From the IMG/VR virus record IMGVR_UViG_3300050343_000285, positions 32,001 through 96,000 of that record: a stretch of DNA of 64,000 nt. The stretch is one strand, 5' to 3'. This DNA comes from a virus. A program made the translations under genes and the position numbers. Positions within the stretch are counted from its first letter, which is position 1; each line of letters begins with the position of its first letter. The notes below the pieces were generated by a model that saw nothing but the letters and a program-made list of their open reading frames with translations, was not told where the DNA came from and did no database searches. This document shows, one piece after another, positions 1 to 9,281 of this stretch.

Positions 1-1
1 T

Positions 2-1390
2 AAAAATAAAACACTATACCCTTTAGAAGTTGAAAAAACTTTAGTATTCCATTATAAAAAAGATGACTGGCAAAATTGGGCTTATCCTATGATATATGCT
101 ATCATGGATGATATTAATATTATTGAAAAACTTAAACTTGCAGATTTAGCAGCCTTAGATGGCGCTATTTCTAATATTAGAATTTTTAAGTTAGGTAATT
201 TAGAGCATAAGATTGCACCAACAAAAGCGGCAGCAGCAAAGTTATCAAATATTTTACAAAATAATGTTGGTGGTGGCACTATGGATTTAATTTGGGGTCC
301 AGACATTGAATTATTAGAAAGTAAAACTAATGTTCATCAATTCTTAGGAGAGGCAAAATATACGCCACATCTAAATAGTGTTTATGCTGGTCTTGGCATC
401 CCCCCTACTCTTACGGGTACATATGGAGCTGCTGGAACTACTAATAATTTCATTAGTTTAAAAACATTAACTCAAAGATTAGAGTATGGAAGACAAGTCT
501 TAATGCAGTTTTGGCAGCAAGAAATTTATGCAGTTCAAAAAGCTATGGGTTTCAGATATCCAGCCAAAATAGAATTTGACAGGATGGACCTTAGTAATGA
601 AGAAGCAGAAAAAGCCTTATTAATACAACTTGCTGACAGAAACTTAGTTAGTGAGGAATTAATACAAACTAGATTTGGTCTTGATTCTGATATGGAGCAA
701 AGTAGAATTAGCAGAGAAAGCAAGGAAAGAAAGTCTAATAAGAGACCTACTAAGTCTGGACCATATCATGACGCAGAATTCCTAAACAGTCTGAAAAAAA
801 TAGCTTTACAGGCTGGAATGGCTACTCCTAGCGAGGTGGGCTTAGATCTTAATAAAAAGAAACGAGGAGAAAAAAATCTTTATGAACTAAAAAATAACAC
901 AGAAAAGACTAACACAACGAAGTTGGTTAAAGATTCTCCGGAATCTTTACCTGGCGTCCCTGGAGAAGGCCGTCCAAAAATGTCAAAAGATACTGATAAA
1001 CGAAAAACTAAAGAATTTAGACCAAGAACTGGAGCTACTCTAGACATATGGGCGCAAGACGCTCAGGAAAAAATAGCGGGAATAATTAATCCTCTGATAT
1101 TAGAATTTTATGATAAGAAAAATTTGAGATCTTTGTCTAATGGAGAATCTAAAAATTTGGAATTCATAAAAACCCAAGCTTTATTTTCATTAAGTCCTTT
1201 TGCAAAAATTGACTCAGATAAAATTTCTTCTAATATAAAAAATATTTCAAAGAATACCAAAACGTTAATATCGGGGTATGAATACTGGGTAAGATCTATA
1301 TCTAATAATTTACGAAGAAACTTGACAACAGAAGAGCAAAAATTGGTTAAATCTATTTACTACTCATCTATTCACACGGAAGAGAATTAA
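2..1390 (+). CDS. Portal protein (5'-truncated)
   Basis: Frame is open to the window edge (KNKTLYPLEVEKTLVFHYKKDDWQNWAYPM precedes the Met at 89). Lies directly upstream of protease/scaffold and capsid genes; helical body and a PGEGRPK motif near the C-terminus. Confidence 0.7.
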   Translation, partial: KNKTLYPLEVEKTLVFHYKKDDWQNWAYPMIYAIMDDINIIEKLKLADLAALDGAISNIRIFKLGNLEHKIAPTKAAAAKLSNILQNNVGGGTMDLIWGPDIELLESKTNVHQFLGEAKYTPHLNSVYAGLGIPPTLTGTYGAAGTTNNFISLKTLTQRLEYGRQVLMQFWQQEIYAVQKAMGFRYPAKIEFDRMDLSNEEAEKALLIQLADRNLVSEELIQTRFGLDSDMEQSRISRESKERKSNKRPTKSGPYHDAEFLNSLKKIALQAGMATPSEVGLDLNKKKRGEKNLYELKNNTEKTNTTKLVKDSPESLPGVPGEGRPKMSKDTDKRKTKEFRPRTGATLDIWAQDAQEKIAGIINPLILEFYDKKNLRSLSNGESKNLEFIKTQALFSLSPFAKIDSDKISSNIKNISKNTKTLISGYEYWVRSISNNLRRNLTTEEQKLVKSIYYSSIHTEEN

Positions 1391-1392
1391 TT

Positions 1393-3105
1393 ATGCAAAT
1401 TTATCAACAAGAATGGGATGATGGTGTCGCTGAAAAAGTGATGGCTAATGCGTCTGTAGCATATGTCACTAAAATTCAACCAACTACTGTATCAAATATT
1501 AATATAGCAAAAGCTAGTCTTGATACGGAGATTGAAAAAGTTTTAGAGAATATCTCTGATCCAGATGGTAAATCTTTAGCCTCGGTCGACGATGACGACT
1601 TGTATTATGTGCAGTCTATTCTTGTCTCTTCTTCATGGAATCGTAATGATGACATCTTTGATAAAGCAGAAGTTTGGAAAGCTAAAAATACACCTGAAGA
1701 TAAACCCACAAATTTAGAGCATGATGAAGACCAAATAGTAGGTCATATTATTTCTAATTGGCCTATAGATTCTGAAGGCAATAAAATACCAGAAAATTCA
1801 GACATTTCTGTATTACCAAATAAATTTCATATTGTTACAGGCTCTGTTATATATCGTAATTTTTCTAATCCAGAATTAAGAGAAAGAGCTGCGTCTCTTA
1901 TACAAGACATTGAGGCTGGTAAGAAGTTTGTCAGTATGGAGTGTTATTTTAATAATTTTGATTATGGATTATTAAATGCAGAAACTGGAGAATATAAGAT
2001 TTTAGCTAGAAATAATAATACATCTTATTTAACAAAATTCTTGAGGTCTTATGGTGGTATTGGTGAATATGATAATCATAAAATTGGCAGGGTGTTAAGG
2101 AATATTAGCTTTTCTGGAAAGGGTTTTGTAGACAAGCCTGCGAATCCAGAGAGTATTATTTTTGATAAAGACACCACTGATAAAATTTTTCTTAAAAAAG
2201 ATGATAACCTTTTAGCCAATAATAGTGTATTTAATATCCAAGCGTCCTTTAACCCGGAGAATGATAATATGAGTCTAGAAAAAGATGTAAAAGAACTCAC
2301 AGAAAAAGTCGAAGCTATGACCGGCTGTGGCGAAGTTCTTAAAGAAGCTTATAGTCGCGTTAGCGAACTAGAAGCCAAAGTCATGCAACTAGAAGCTACT
2401 ATGAAAGATAAAGAAGAAGAAATGGCTAGAATGTCAGACTCCTCTTCTAAACTCAGTGAATCAGTAGCTGAAAAAGATAAACTTTTAGAAGAACATAAAA
2501 ATAAAATGGAATATGATGTTGCACAGCTTGACGAAGTTAAAGCAAATGAGCTTAAAGAGCTTGCTGTCACTCATGAAGAATCCATTAAAGCTAAAGATTG
2601 CGATCTTGAGGCTTTAAAAACCGAACTTGCTGCTGCTAATGAAGCTATTGAAGCGTATAAAGCAAAAGAAGCTGAACTTGCTAGGCAGGCAATTATTGTT
2701 AGTAGGGTCTCTGAACTTGTCGAGTCTGGTGTTGCTCACGATGTAGCTACTGTTACAGTGAGTAAATTTGAAGATCTAGACGACGAGGCTTTCGCTACTA
2801 TCAAGTCTTTGGTAAGTTCTAATGTCCCTGAGTGGGCTCAGACTAAATCAGAAGAAGTTGCTTCAGAAGAAGTTGCAGAAACTGAAGAAGTTGTAGAGGC
2901 TACTGAAACTGAAGAACAAGAAAGTGAAACAGAAGATTTAGTTGCTGAAGTTGCTGAAGAAGCTTTAGAAACTGCAGAAGCTGAAGAAGCTGTTGATCTT
3001 AGTGTTGGTAGTGATGAAGATTCAGAGATCGATCACACTAGAGCATCATTAGTAGATTTTGTTTATTCTAGACTAGGCAAACAACAGTCCAATAAAGGAG
3101 AATGA
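1393..3105 (+). CDS. Prohead protease fused to scaffolding protein
   Basis: N-terminal domain with NLEH and FVSMEC motifs typical of phage prohead serine proteases; C-terminal half is coiled-coil then very Glu-rich; canonical position between portal and capsid. Confidence 0.7.
   Translation: MQIYQQEWDDGVAEKVMANASVAYVTKIQPTTVSNINIAKASLDTEIEKVLENISDPDGKSLASVDDDDLYYVQSILVSSSWNRNDDIFDKAEVWKAKNTPEDKPTNLEHDEDQIVGHIISNWPIDSEGNKIPENSDISVLPNKFHIVTGSVIYRNFSNPELRERAASLIQDIEAGKKFVSMECYFNNFDYGLLNAETGEYKILARNNNTSYLTKFLRSYGGIGEYDNHKIGRVLRNISFSGKGFVDKPANPESIIFDKDTTDKIFLKKDDNLLANNSVFNIQASFNPENDNMSLEKDVKELTEKVEAMTGCGEVLKEAYSRVSELEAKVMQLEATMKDKEEEMARMSDSSSKLSESVAEKDKLLEEHKNKMEYDVAQLDEVKANELKELAVTHEESIKAKDCDLEALKTELAAANEAIEAYKAKEAELARQAIIVSRVSELVESGVAHDVATVTVSKFEDLDDEAFATIKSLVSSNVPEWAQTKSEEVASEEVAETEEVVEATETEEQESETEDLVAEVAEEALETAEAEEAVDLSVGSDEDSEIDHTRASLVDFVYSRLGKQQSNKGE
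2269..3105 (+). CDS. Putative nested in-frame scaffolding protein (278 aa, MSLEKDVKEL...)
   Basis: In-frame ATG at 2269 with GGAG at 2256-2259 (9-nt spacer), exactly where the coiled-coil region begins. Confidence 0.5.
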   Translation: MSLEKDVKELTEKVEAMTGCGEVLKEAYSRVSELEAKVMQLEATMKDKEEEMARMSDSSSKLSESVAEKDKLLEEHKNKMEYDVAQLDEVKANELKELAVTHEESIKAKDCDLEALKTELAAANEAIEAYKAKEAELARQAIIVSRVSELVESGVAHDVATVTVSKFEDLDDEAFATIKSLVSSNVPEWAQTKSEEVASEEVAETEEVVEATETEEQESETEDLVAEVAEEALETAEAEEAVDLSVGSDEDSEIDHTRASLVDFVYSRLGKQQSNKGE

Positions 3106-3108
3106 AAA

Positions 3109-3570
3109 ATGGCTTTAAAACCAGATCGTGTTGAAAGTTTTACCGATGTATCTTTCTTTATGAACACCACCGGCGATCGTGGCGGTGTTGTAGTATACAA
3201 CGGTAATGGTGGTATCGGTTCATCCATGGATGACGCTGATGCCGTAGTTATCTATCCGACAGGCAGCCCATCAGGTACTGCACCAGCAGGTGTTTTACTA
3301 AATGATGTTGTTAATCTTGATCTTACAAGACAGCACATCAATTATCATAAAGATGAGGTTCAGGCTGGAGGCAAAGTGGCTCTTCTTCGTAGGGGTCAAG
3401 TTACTACTGACAGTCTTACTGCTGGTCAAGCACCAGTGGCTGGAGACGCTGCTTATTATGATGGTGCTGGTGATCTCACCACAGTATCTACAAATAGCGT
3501 TAAAGTTGGTACATTTTTAAGCGGCAAAGATGCCGATGGCTACGTCAAAGTAGATATTAACATTACCTGA
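3109..3570 (+). CDS. Capsid decoration/cement protein
   Basis: 153-aa Gly/Val/Ala-rich beta-type protein between scaffold and major capsid genes; GGAG Shine-Dalgarno upstream. Confidence 0.55.
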   Translation: MALKPDRVESFTDVSFFMNTTGDRGGVVVYNGNGGIGSSMDDADAVVIYPTGSPSGTAPAGVLLNDVVNLDLTRQHINYHKDEVQAGGKVALLRRGQVTTDSLTAGQAPVAGDAAYYDGAGDLTTVSTNSVKVGTFLSGKDADGYVKVDINIT

Positions 3571-3591
3571 TTAAGAAGGAGATTTATAAAC

Positions 3592-4593
3592 ATGGCTAAT
3601 AAATTTGAACCATCCGCTGAGCTTACTGATCTTCTGATTAGATCAGGTTCGGCAGAAAAAGAGCAGTCTTTAGCTGCAAGTAAAGAGTTTGCAAAAGCTC
3701 TTGAGCTTCCATTGCGTCAAGCTATTCTTAGTGGAGATATTCTCGATAACATCTTTGAGCCAATTCAATTAGCTCCAGGTGCTACTCCAGAATTTCCATT
3801 AGATTTCTTGGCCCCTGGAACAGAGGCTGATTTTGTTGCGTATACTTTACCTAATCATGGTTATGTGCCAGAACGACATGTCGAAGGCGACTATGTCATG
3901 GTTCCAACCTATGATATTGGTGCAAGTATCGATTATCTTTTAAAGTATGCTCGTGACGCCCGTTGGGATGTTGTCGGTCGTGCTATGGAAGTTCTCGAAG
4001 CGCAGTTTACCAAGAAAATGAATGATGATGGATGGCACACCTTGCTTGCTGCTGGTGTTGACAGAAACATCGTTGTTTTTGATAGTGACGCTGATGCTGG
4101 TCAGTTTACTAAGAGACTTGTTTCTCTCATGAAAACTGTCATGCGTCGTAATGGTGGTGGCAACTCTGCTAGCAATAACAGAGGTATCCTCACCGATCTT
4201 TATGTTTCGCCAGAAGGTATGGAAGACATCAGAAACTGGGGCGTAGATCAAGTTGACGAAATTACTCGTCGTGAAATCTACACCGCTGCTGATGGCAATG
4301 TAAACCGTGTCTTTGGTGTTAACCTTCATGATGTTGATGAGCTTGGCGAAGGTCAAGAATATCAAGAGTTTTATGATAATGTTCTTTCTGGAACAATGGA
4401 TGCTGGCGACAGTGAAATTGTTGTTGGTCTCGATCTTCGTAAGAGAGACTCATTTATCATGCCGGTTCGTCAAGAAGTTCAGATTTTTGAAGACGATACA
4501 TTACATCGTCAGAAGAGAGCTGGTTTCTATGGATGGGCTGAGCAAGGGTTTGCTGTTCTAGATAATAGAAGAGTGCTTCTTGGTTCTCTCTAA
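3592..4593 (+). CDS. Major capsid protein (HK97 fold inferred)
   Basis: 333 aa, strong AGGAG SD, position after scaffold/decoration genes, followed by an intrinsic terminator; C-terminal GFYGWAEQGFAVLD strand pattern. Confidence 0.8.
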   Translation: MANKFEPSAELTDLLIRSGSAEKEQSLAASKEFAKALELPLRQAILSGDILDNIFEPIQLAPGATPEFPLDFLAPGTEADFVAYTLPNHGYVPERHVEGDYVMVPTYDIGASIDYLLKYARDARWDVVGRAMEVLEAQFTKKMNDDGWHTLLAAGVDRNIVVFDSDADAGQFTKRLVSLMKTVMRRNGGGNSASNNRGILTDLYVSPEGMEDIRNWGVDQVDEITRREIYTAADGNVNRVFGVNLHDVDELGEGQEYQEFYDNVLSGTMDAGDSEIVVGLDLRKRDSFIMPVRQEVQIFEDDTLHRQKRAGFYGWAEQGFAVLDNRRVLLGSL

Positions 4594-4621
4594 GATTTAA
4601 GCTTATATTGCTTAATAAAGG

Positions 4622-4652
4622 TAGCCACCTCTTTTGGGGTGGCTATTTTTTT
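4622..4652 (+). terminator. Rho-independent terminator after capsid gene
   Basis: TAGCCACCTC-TTTT-GGGGTGGCTA stem followed by T7. Confidence 0.85.
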
Positions 4653-4718
4653 ATATACATGCAGTCTATAATGGGGTATATAAATATAGTTAGTCCACTA
4701 TTATCATAAGAGGTTATT

Positions 4719-5255
4719 ATGTCAGCAGAAATTAGAACTATTGTACGTGCCTTGATTAATGACCCAGCTCCACCAGATGCTAATAATGTATATAGCGACA
4801 CAAAAATAAACGATCTCATATCTGTTGCTGCTAGGTATGTTGTTATTGATCTAAATTTAGATCAGGAATATAAAATTGATGTTGTAACAAATACAATAAC
4901 GCCAGATCCTACTGGGGTAAACACAAGAGATGAAACATTCATTAGTTTTGTAGCATTAAGGGCATCTTGCTTTTTAGATCAAAGCACCTACAGAACTAGA
5001 GCTGCTACTGAAGGTATTAAAGCAGGATTAGGACCAGCTCAACTTAATGTATCTGGCAATTTATCTGGATATAAAAATATTATTGATATTGGTCCTTGTG
5101 GAGTTTACGAATATCTTAAACAACAGCATAATATAGGTAATGCTACTGCGATTAGTGCTGTGCTTAGTCCGTTTGCTGGCAATAATTTTGATCCTAGATT
5201 TTTGTTCGTTGCTGATTTACCAGCCCGTAGTACTCGTGATGGATTTTATACATAA
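4719..5255 (+). CDS. Putative head-tail adaptor
   Basis: 178-aa helical protein first after the capsid terminator (IRTIVRALINDP...YSDTKINDLI), the usual adaptor position. Confidence 0.5.
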   Translation: MSAEIRTIVRALINDPAPPDANNVYSDTKINDLISVAARYVVIDLNLDQEYKIDVVTNTITPDPTGVNTRDETFISFVALRASCFLDQSTYRTRAATEGIKAGLGPAQLNVSGNLSGYKNIIDIGPCGVYEYLKQQHNIGNATAISAVLSPFAGNNFDPRFLFVADLPARSTRDGFYT

Positions 5256-5752
5256 TGGATTTGACACCACTTAAGACTTTATATAATCAACAAATAGACA
5301 TTATCTTAGCGGATACTGGGCTAACCATACCGTGTAATTTAATATACGAAACTACAAAATTAACTCAATGTCCTAATTGTGTTTATGATAGTATTAGTAA
5401 AAAATCTGCTAATATATATAATGGTACAGGACCTATTTCTTTCGTTAATGGACAAACTTGCCCTTTTTGTTTAGGTTCCGGTTTGACTAACTCCTCCGTA
5501 GCAGAAGACGCTGTACATTTCGCTGTTTTAACAGATAGTAAGAATTTTGTAGGAGCTGTTAATGCACCGAATATTGATGCTCAAACTATATGCAATATTA
5601 GCTATTTAGATAACATTAAAAAGTGTTCTAAAATTGTTTTTAACACAGATATACCTAGTTTAACTAATAATATATTTATTAGAGCTAACGAGCCTGCACC
5701 GGTTGGTCTTGGTGATAGTAGATATATTTTTACTAATTGGAAAAGAACATAA
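5255..5752 (+). CDS. Putative head-closure protein with CxxC...CxxC insert
   Basis: TAATG coupling to upstream gene; CPNC and CPFCLGSG motifs; position in neck module. Confidence 0.45.
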   Translation: MDLTPLKTLYNQQIDIILADTGLTIPCNLIYETTKLTQCPNCVYDSISKKSANIYNGTGPISFVNGQTCPFCLGSGLTNSSVAEDAVHFAVLTDSKNFVGAVNAPNIDAQTICNISYLDNIKKCSKIVFNTDIPSLTNNIFIRANEPAPVGLGDSRYIFTNWKRT

Positions 5753-6387
5753 TGAATGTTGATATTAACATTAAAGAAACCAGTTCGCAAATATCTGTAA
5801 AAATACTCAAAGCCTTATCTGGTGAGGTAGATAAATATTTTCAACAAGCCTTTAATAGATGCAAAAGAGATATTGTGAGTATAGTTTCTGAGGCTATAAC
5901 TAGCCATAGAACATATCAATCTTTAACCTCAGGAAAATTAAGAGCAGAATTTGGCTTAGATAGTTCTAGTAGTAGATTATCTCAAATATTAAGGTTCTGG
6001 GAAAATTTAGAAGTAGAATATAAAAAACCTAAAATTAAAAGTAATCAAATAATCGGTTCTTTCTCCCTCTCTATGATTCAATCTGATTACTCCGATGTTT
6101 TAAGTAGTGCTGCTGCGGTAGTAAATACAGAAAAGGGATCTCAGTTAGAATGGTTAAGATGGTTATTATTATTTGGAGACAAAGAGATTATTAAAGATTA
6201 TGATATTAAGTTTGGTAGCAATCCTAGATCTAGATCTGGTAATGCTATTATGGTTGGTAAAACTGGTAGTAGATGGGGAGTACCTTCATCTTTTGCTGGT
6301 ACAGCCAATAAGAATTGGATTACAGAGGCCATAGATAGCGTAGAAGATCAGGTATTTAGACTGTTAGAACAATCCCTAAGGAAATAA
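5752..6387 (+). CDS. Putative neck/tail-completion protein
   Basis: ATG at 5752 overlaps the preceding TAA (the ORF track start at 5737 is probably too long); product inferred from gene order only. Confidence 0.4.
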   Translation: MNVDINIKETSSQISVKILKALSGEVDKYFQQAFNRCKRDIVSIVSEAITSHRTYQSLTSGKLRAEFGLDSSSSRLSQILRFWENLEVEYKKPKIKSNQIIGSFSLSMIQSDYSDVLSSAAAVVNTEKGSQLEWLRWLLLFGDKEIIKDYDIKFGSNPRSRSGNAIMVGKTGSRWGVPSSFAGTANKNWITEAIDSVEDQVFRLLEQSLRK

Positions 6388-6390
6388 AAC

Positions 6391-7362
6391 ATGGCTAAAG
6401 GTGATGAAAAATTTAGTGGTATAGATTCAATTAATGATTATTTACTTATATCTAATATAGAAAATAATATGAAGTCTTTTCTTGATTGGGGTTTTTTGAA
6501 TATTGGTGGATTTGTTAATGTTAATTCTACAGCTAATAGTTCAAGTGCAGACCCTAACAAACTAGCATATGTTAATGACCCTAACTATTCTGATGGTCAG
6601 GTATGGCAGACTAGACATCAGGATTGGGTTTATGAAAGTATAGACGATTATTCTCCTACTATTGCTAATAGTATCACTGTAGATGGTGTTGCTGCTCCTT
6701 CTCACACTTTAGATTTTATGAATAGTAGAGTTATTTTTGATACTGCTATTAGTCTTACTAGTGATGTTAGAATGGATTATGCATATAGATGGGTGCAAGT
6801 GCATAAATCTAGTAGTAATTTAGTATGGTGGAAACAATTTCAATCCGATATTGTTAATGACCCTACACAATTTAGCGAGAATACTGGAGAATATGCTATT
6901 TTTAATCAAAATAGAGTTCAGATGCCTAGTGTTATTATAGAAACAGTCCCCAAAGGAACTTCAAAACCTTATCAATTAGGTAATAAATCTTTAATCTCTC
7001 AACAAGATCTTATCTTGCATGTTATAGCTAATAATGCTGCTCATAGAAATTCTATTATAGATATCATTCGTTTACAGGAAGATAAGGTAATATGGCTGTA
7101 TGATACCAAAAAATTAGCGACTAATGGTGTTTTGCCATTTAGTTTTGATGGGTCTTTAAATTCTGCTAGATTATCTTATAATGATCTTATTATGGATTGT
7201 ACAGATCCAGACCCTGTTACTGGTGAAATTACCTGCGATGATACCTATAGATGGAAAACTTGCTATTTAAAGGATTTTATAGTCTCCGAAGTAGAAAGTA
7301 GATATTTCTTTGAAGAGGCTAAGATTAGAGTTACAGCTGAAATAATATTTGATACACTTTAA
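6391..7362 (+). CDS. Putative tail terminator/neck protein
   Basis: 323 aa directly upstream of tail-tube genes; QMPSVIIE...DLILHVIANNAAHRNSIIDII resembles tail-terminator folds. Confidence 0.45.
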   Translation: MAKGDEKFSGIDSINDYLLISNIENNMKSFLDWGFLNIGGFVNVNSTANSSSADPNKLAYVNDPNYSDGQVWQTRHQDWVYESIDDYSPTIANSITVDGVAAPSHTLDFMNSRVIFDTAISLTSDVRMDYAYRWVQVHKSSSNLVWWKQFQSDIVNDPTQFSENTGEYAIFNQNRVQMPSVIIETVPKGTSKPYQLGNKSLISQQDLILHVIANNAAHRNSIIDIIRLQEDKVIWLYDTKKLATNGVLPFSFDGSLNSARLSYNDLIMDCTDPDPVTGEITCDDTYRWKTCYLKDFIVSEVESRYFFEEAKIRVTAEIIFDTL

Positions 7363-7428
7363 AAAATTGGTGTATATACCTGTAAGTGTTCCCACTAGTT
7401 CCTTATAATATTAGACGGAGATTTAACT

Positions 7429-8325
7429 ATGCCAAATAATAGAGTATTTTACGCCTCTCATGGCGTTAAAATTGGTACTACAGTTGTACAAGGCGCTCAG
7501 AGCGTAGGTATAACCACCAACTTTAATCTTGAGCAGGCTTTCCAGCTTGGTCAGCTCGCTCTTTATGACAATATTTCACTTGATCCAGAAGTTGAAATTA
7601 CAGTATCTAAAGTTCTTGATGGACAAAGCAGTATCTGGAATCTTGCCACAAATGGTGGTGGTAGTTTGATTGAAAATGCTCAAGATGACGCCGTTGTTGT
7701 TGTTGGAGTTGGTGATGATACATCAGCTACTCTTGCAAACACCAGCGCTATTACTTGTAGCGGTATGTTTGTTTCTAGCGTTAGCTACTCATTCCCTGTA
7801 GATGGAAATCTTACAGAAGAAGTTAGTTTTGTTGGTAATGCAAAAGCTCTTACTGGTAGTGTCGCTGCTCCGAGTACTGCAGAATCAACAATTCTTAGAA
7901 GACAAAATGTTGATATTGCTAGTTCGACTATCCCATCAGAGGTTTCTGGTAAAAACATTACTAGTATTAGTATTAGTGCTGATCTTGGTCGTGAAAGTAT
8001 GTATAAGCTTGGTAGCTTAAAGCCTTTTCATCGTTTCGTTAACTTCCCTCTTGAGGTTACTTGCGAGTTTGAGGTTATTGCTATTACTCATGATGGCGTT
8101 GAAGTAGACGTTCCAGAAACAGCTTGTAGCGGTCTTGCTGCTAATGATCGTGAAATTGTAGTGAAGATTTGTGGTAGCGATGGGGCTAATGACTATACCT
8201 TTGACCTTGGTGACAAATGTAAGTTAACAAGTGTAAATTATAGTGGTGGAGATACTGGTGGTGGAAACGCTACTATCACCTATAGCTATAGCACCTTTAA
8301 TGAATTAACTATCGACGACAGTTGA
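7429..8325 (+). CDS. Major tail tube protein, copy 1
   Basis: 298 aa rich in Ser/Thr/Gly/Val, GGAG SD, followed by a terminator, upstream of chaperones and TMP. Confidence 0.7.
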   Translation: MPNNRVFYASHGVKIGTTVVQGAQSVGITTNFNLEQAFQLGQLALYDNISLDPEVEITVSKVLDGQSSIWNLATNGGGSLIENAQDDAVVVVGVGDDTSATLANTSAITCSGMFVSSVSYSFPVDGNLTEEVSFVGNAKALTGSVAAPSTAESTILRRQNVDIASSTIPSEVSGKNITSISISADLGRESMYKLGSLKPFHRFVNFPLEVTCEFEVIAITHDGVEVDVPETACSGLAANDREIVVKICGSDGANDYTFDLGDKCKLTSVNYSGGDTGGGNATITYSYSTFNELTIDDS

Positions 8326-8347
8326 TTCTTACCTGTTGGGAACACGT

Positions 8348-8383
8348 ATTGGTGGGGATTTCGGTCCCCATCAATTTATTTTT
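8348..8383 (+). terminator. Intrinsic terminator between the two tube paralogs
   Basis: ATTGGTGGGGAT-TTCG-GTCCCCATCAAT stem with UUCG tetraloop, then TTATTTTT. Confidence 0.8.
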
Positions 8384-8403
8384 AACATAGCTAGGAGAGA
8401 TAA

Positions 8404-9264
8404 ATGTCAAATAGAGTTTTTTATGCTTGTCACGCTGCATTTCTAGATAATAGCCCTGTTAAAGGCGCTCAAAGTGTAGGTATAACAACCACTTTTGATC
8501 TCGAACCTGTATTTCAATTAGGTCAAGTAAAGCCTGTAGATATTATGAATCTTGCTCCTAGTGTAGAGTTTACCGTTAGTAGAGCTTTGACAAGTAGTAG
8601 TGGTACAATGTGGAGTGGAAACTTTATTACTAATGTAGGATCAGCTGATAAGACTTTATGTCTTGGCATTGGAGATGACACATCACCTCTTTTAACTAGT
8701 ACAGCTAGTGTGCAGTGTACAGGTGCTGGTATTAGTGGTGCAACTTATAATTTTCCTGTTGACGGTATTTTTACTGAAGAATTAACATTTTTTGCTGATA
8801 ACAAAGTATTAGGTGGTGGTTGCGGTAGTGTCAGTGAAGACACCAGCTCTACAGCTAAAACTAGACAGCACTATAATGGAGGCGCTCCGTCTTTAGTAAC
8901 TAACGCTGGTAATTTAACTAATATTAGTATTAGCACATCTGTTAGTCGTGAGCAAATTTTAGCTCTTGGAAACTTTAAATCTGTTCATAACTATGCTAGT
9001 TTACCAGCAGAAGTAACCGTTGAGTTTGAGGTTAGCGCAACAAGTACGGACGGTGCAGCGTTTGGTACCGTAGCGGCTTGTAATAGTCCTACTAATGGTG
9101 TTTACGAGAAGCAAGATATAAGTTTAAATATGTGCGGGATAACTTTCTTAATGGAGGATTGTAAACTTAGTAATGTGACTTATGGAGGCGGTGATACTGG
9201 TGGCGGAAATGCTACTATCAGCTTTACATATACTACATATAATAATCTAACGATTACAACATAG
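8404..9264 (+). CDS. Tail tube protein, copy 2 (paralog of 7429-8325)
   Basis: Shares NRVFYA, GAQSVGITT.F.LE..FQLGQ, Y.FPVDG..TEE and GGDTGGGNATI motifs with copy 1; AGGAG SD. Confidence 0.7.
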   Translation: MSNRVFYACHAAFLDNSPVKGAQSVGITTTFDLEPVFQLGQVKPVDIMNLAPSVEFTVSRALTSSSGTMWSGNFITNVGSADKTLCLGIGDDTSPLLTSTASVQCTGAGISGATYNFPVDGIFTEELTFFADNKVLGGGCGSVSEDTSSTAKTRQHYNGGAPSLVTNAGNLTNISISTSVSREQILALGNFKSVHNYASLPAEVTVEFEVSATSTDGAAFGTVAACNSPTNGVYEKQDISLNMCGITFLMEDCKLSNVTYGGGDTGGGNATISFTYTTYNNLTITT

Positions 9265-9281
9265 TTTATTTTTGAAAATTT

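Noticed and set aside
7429-9264. Contractile-tail sheath plus tube pair
   Set aside because: The two genes are paralogs of each other at ~290 aa, and neither has sheath size or motifs.
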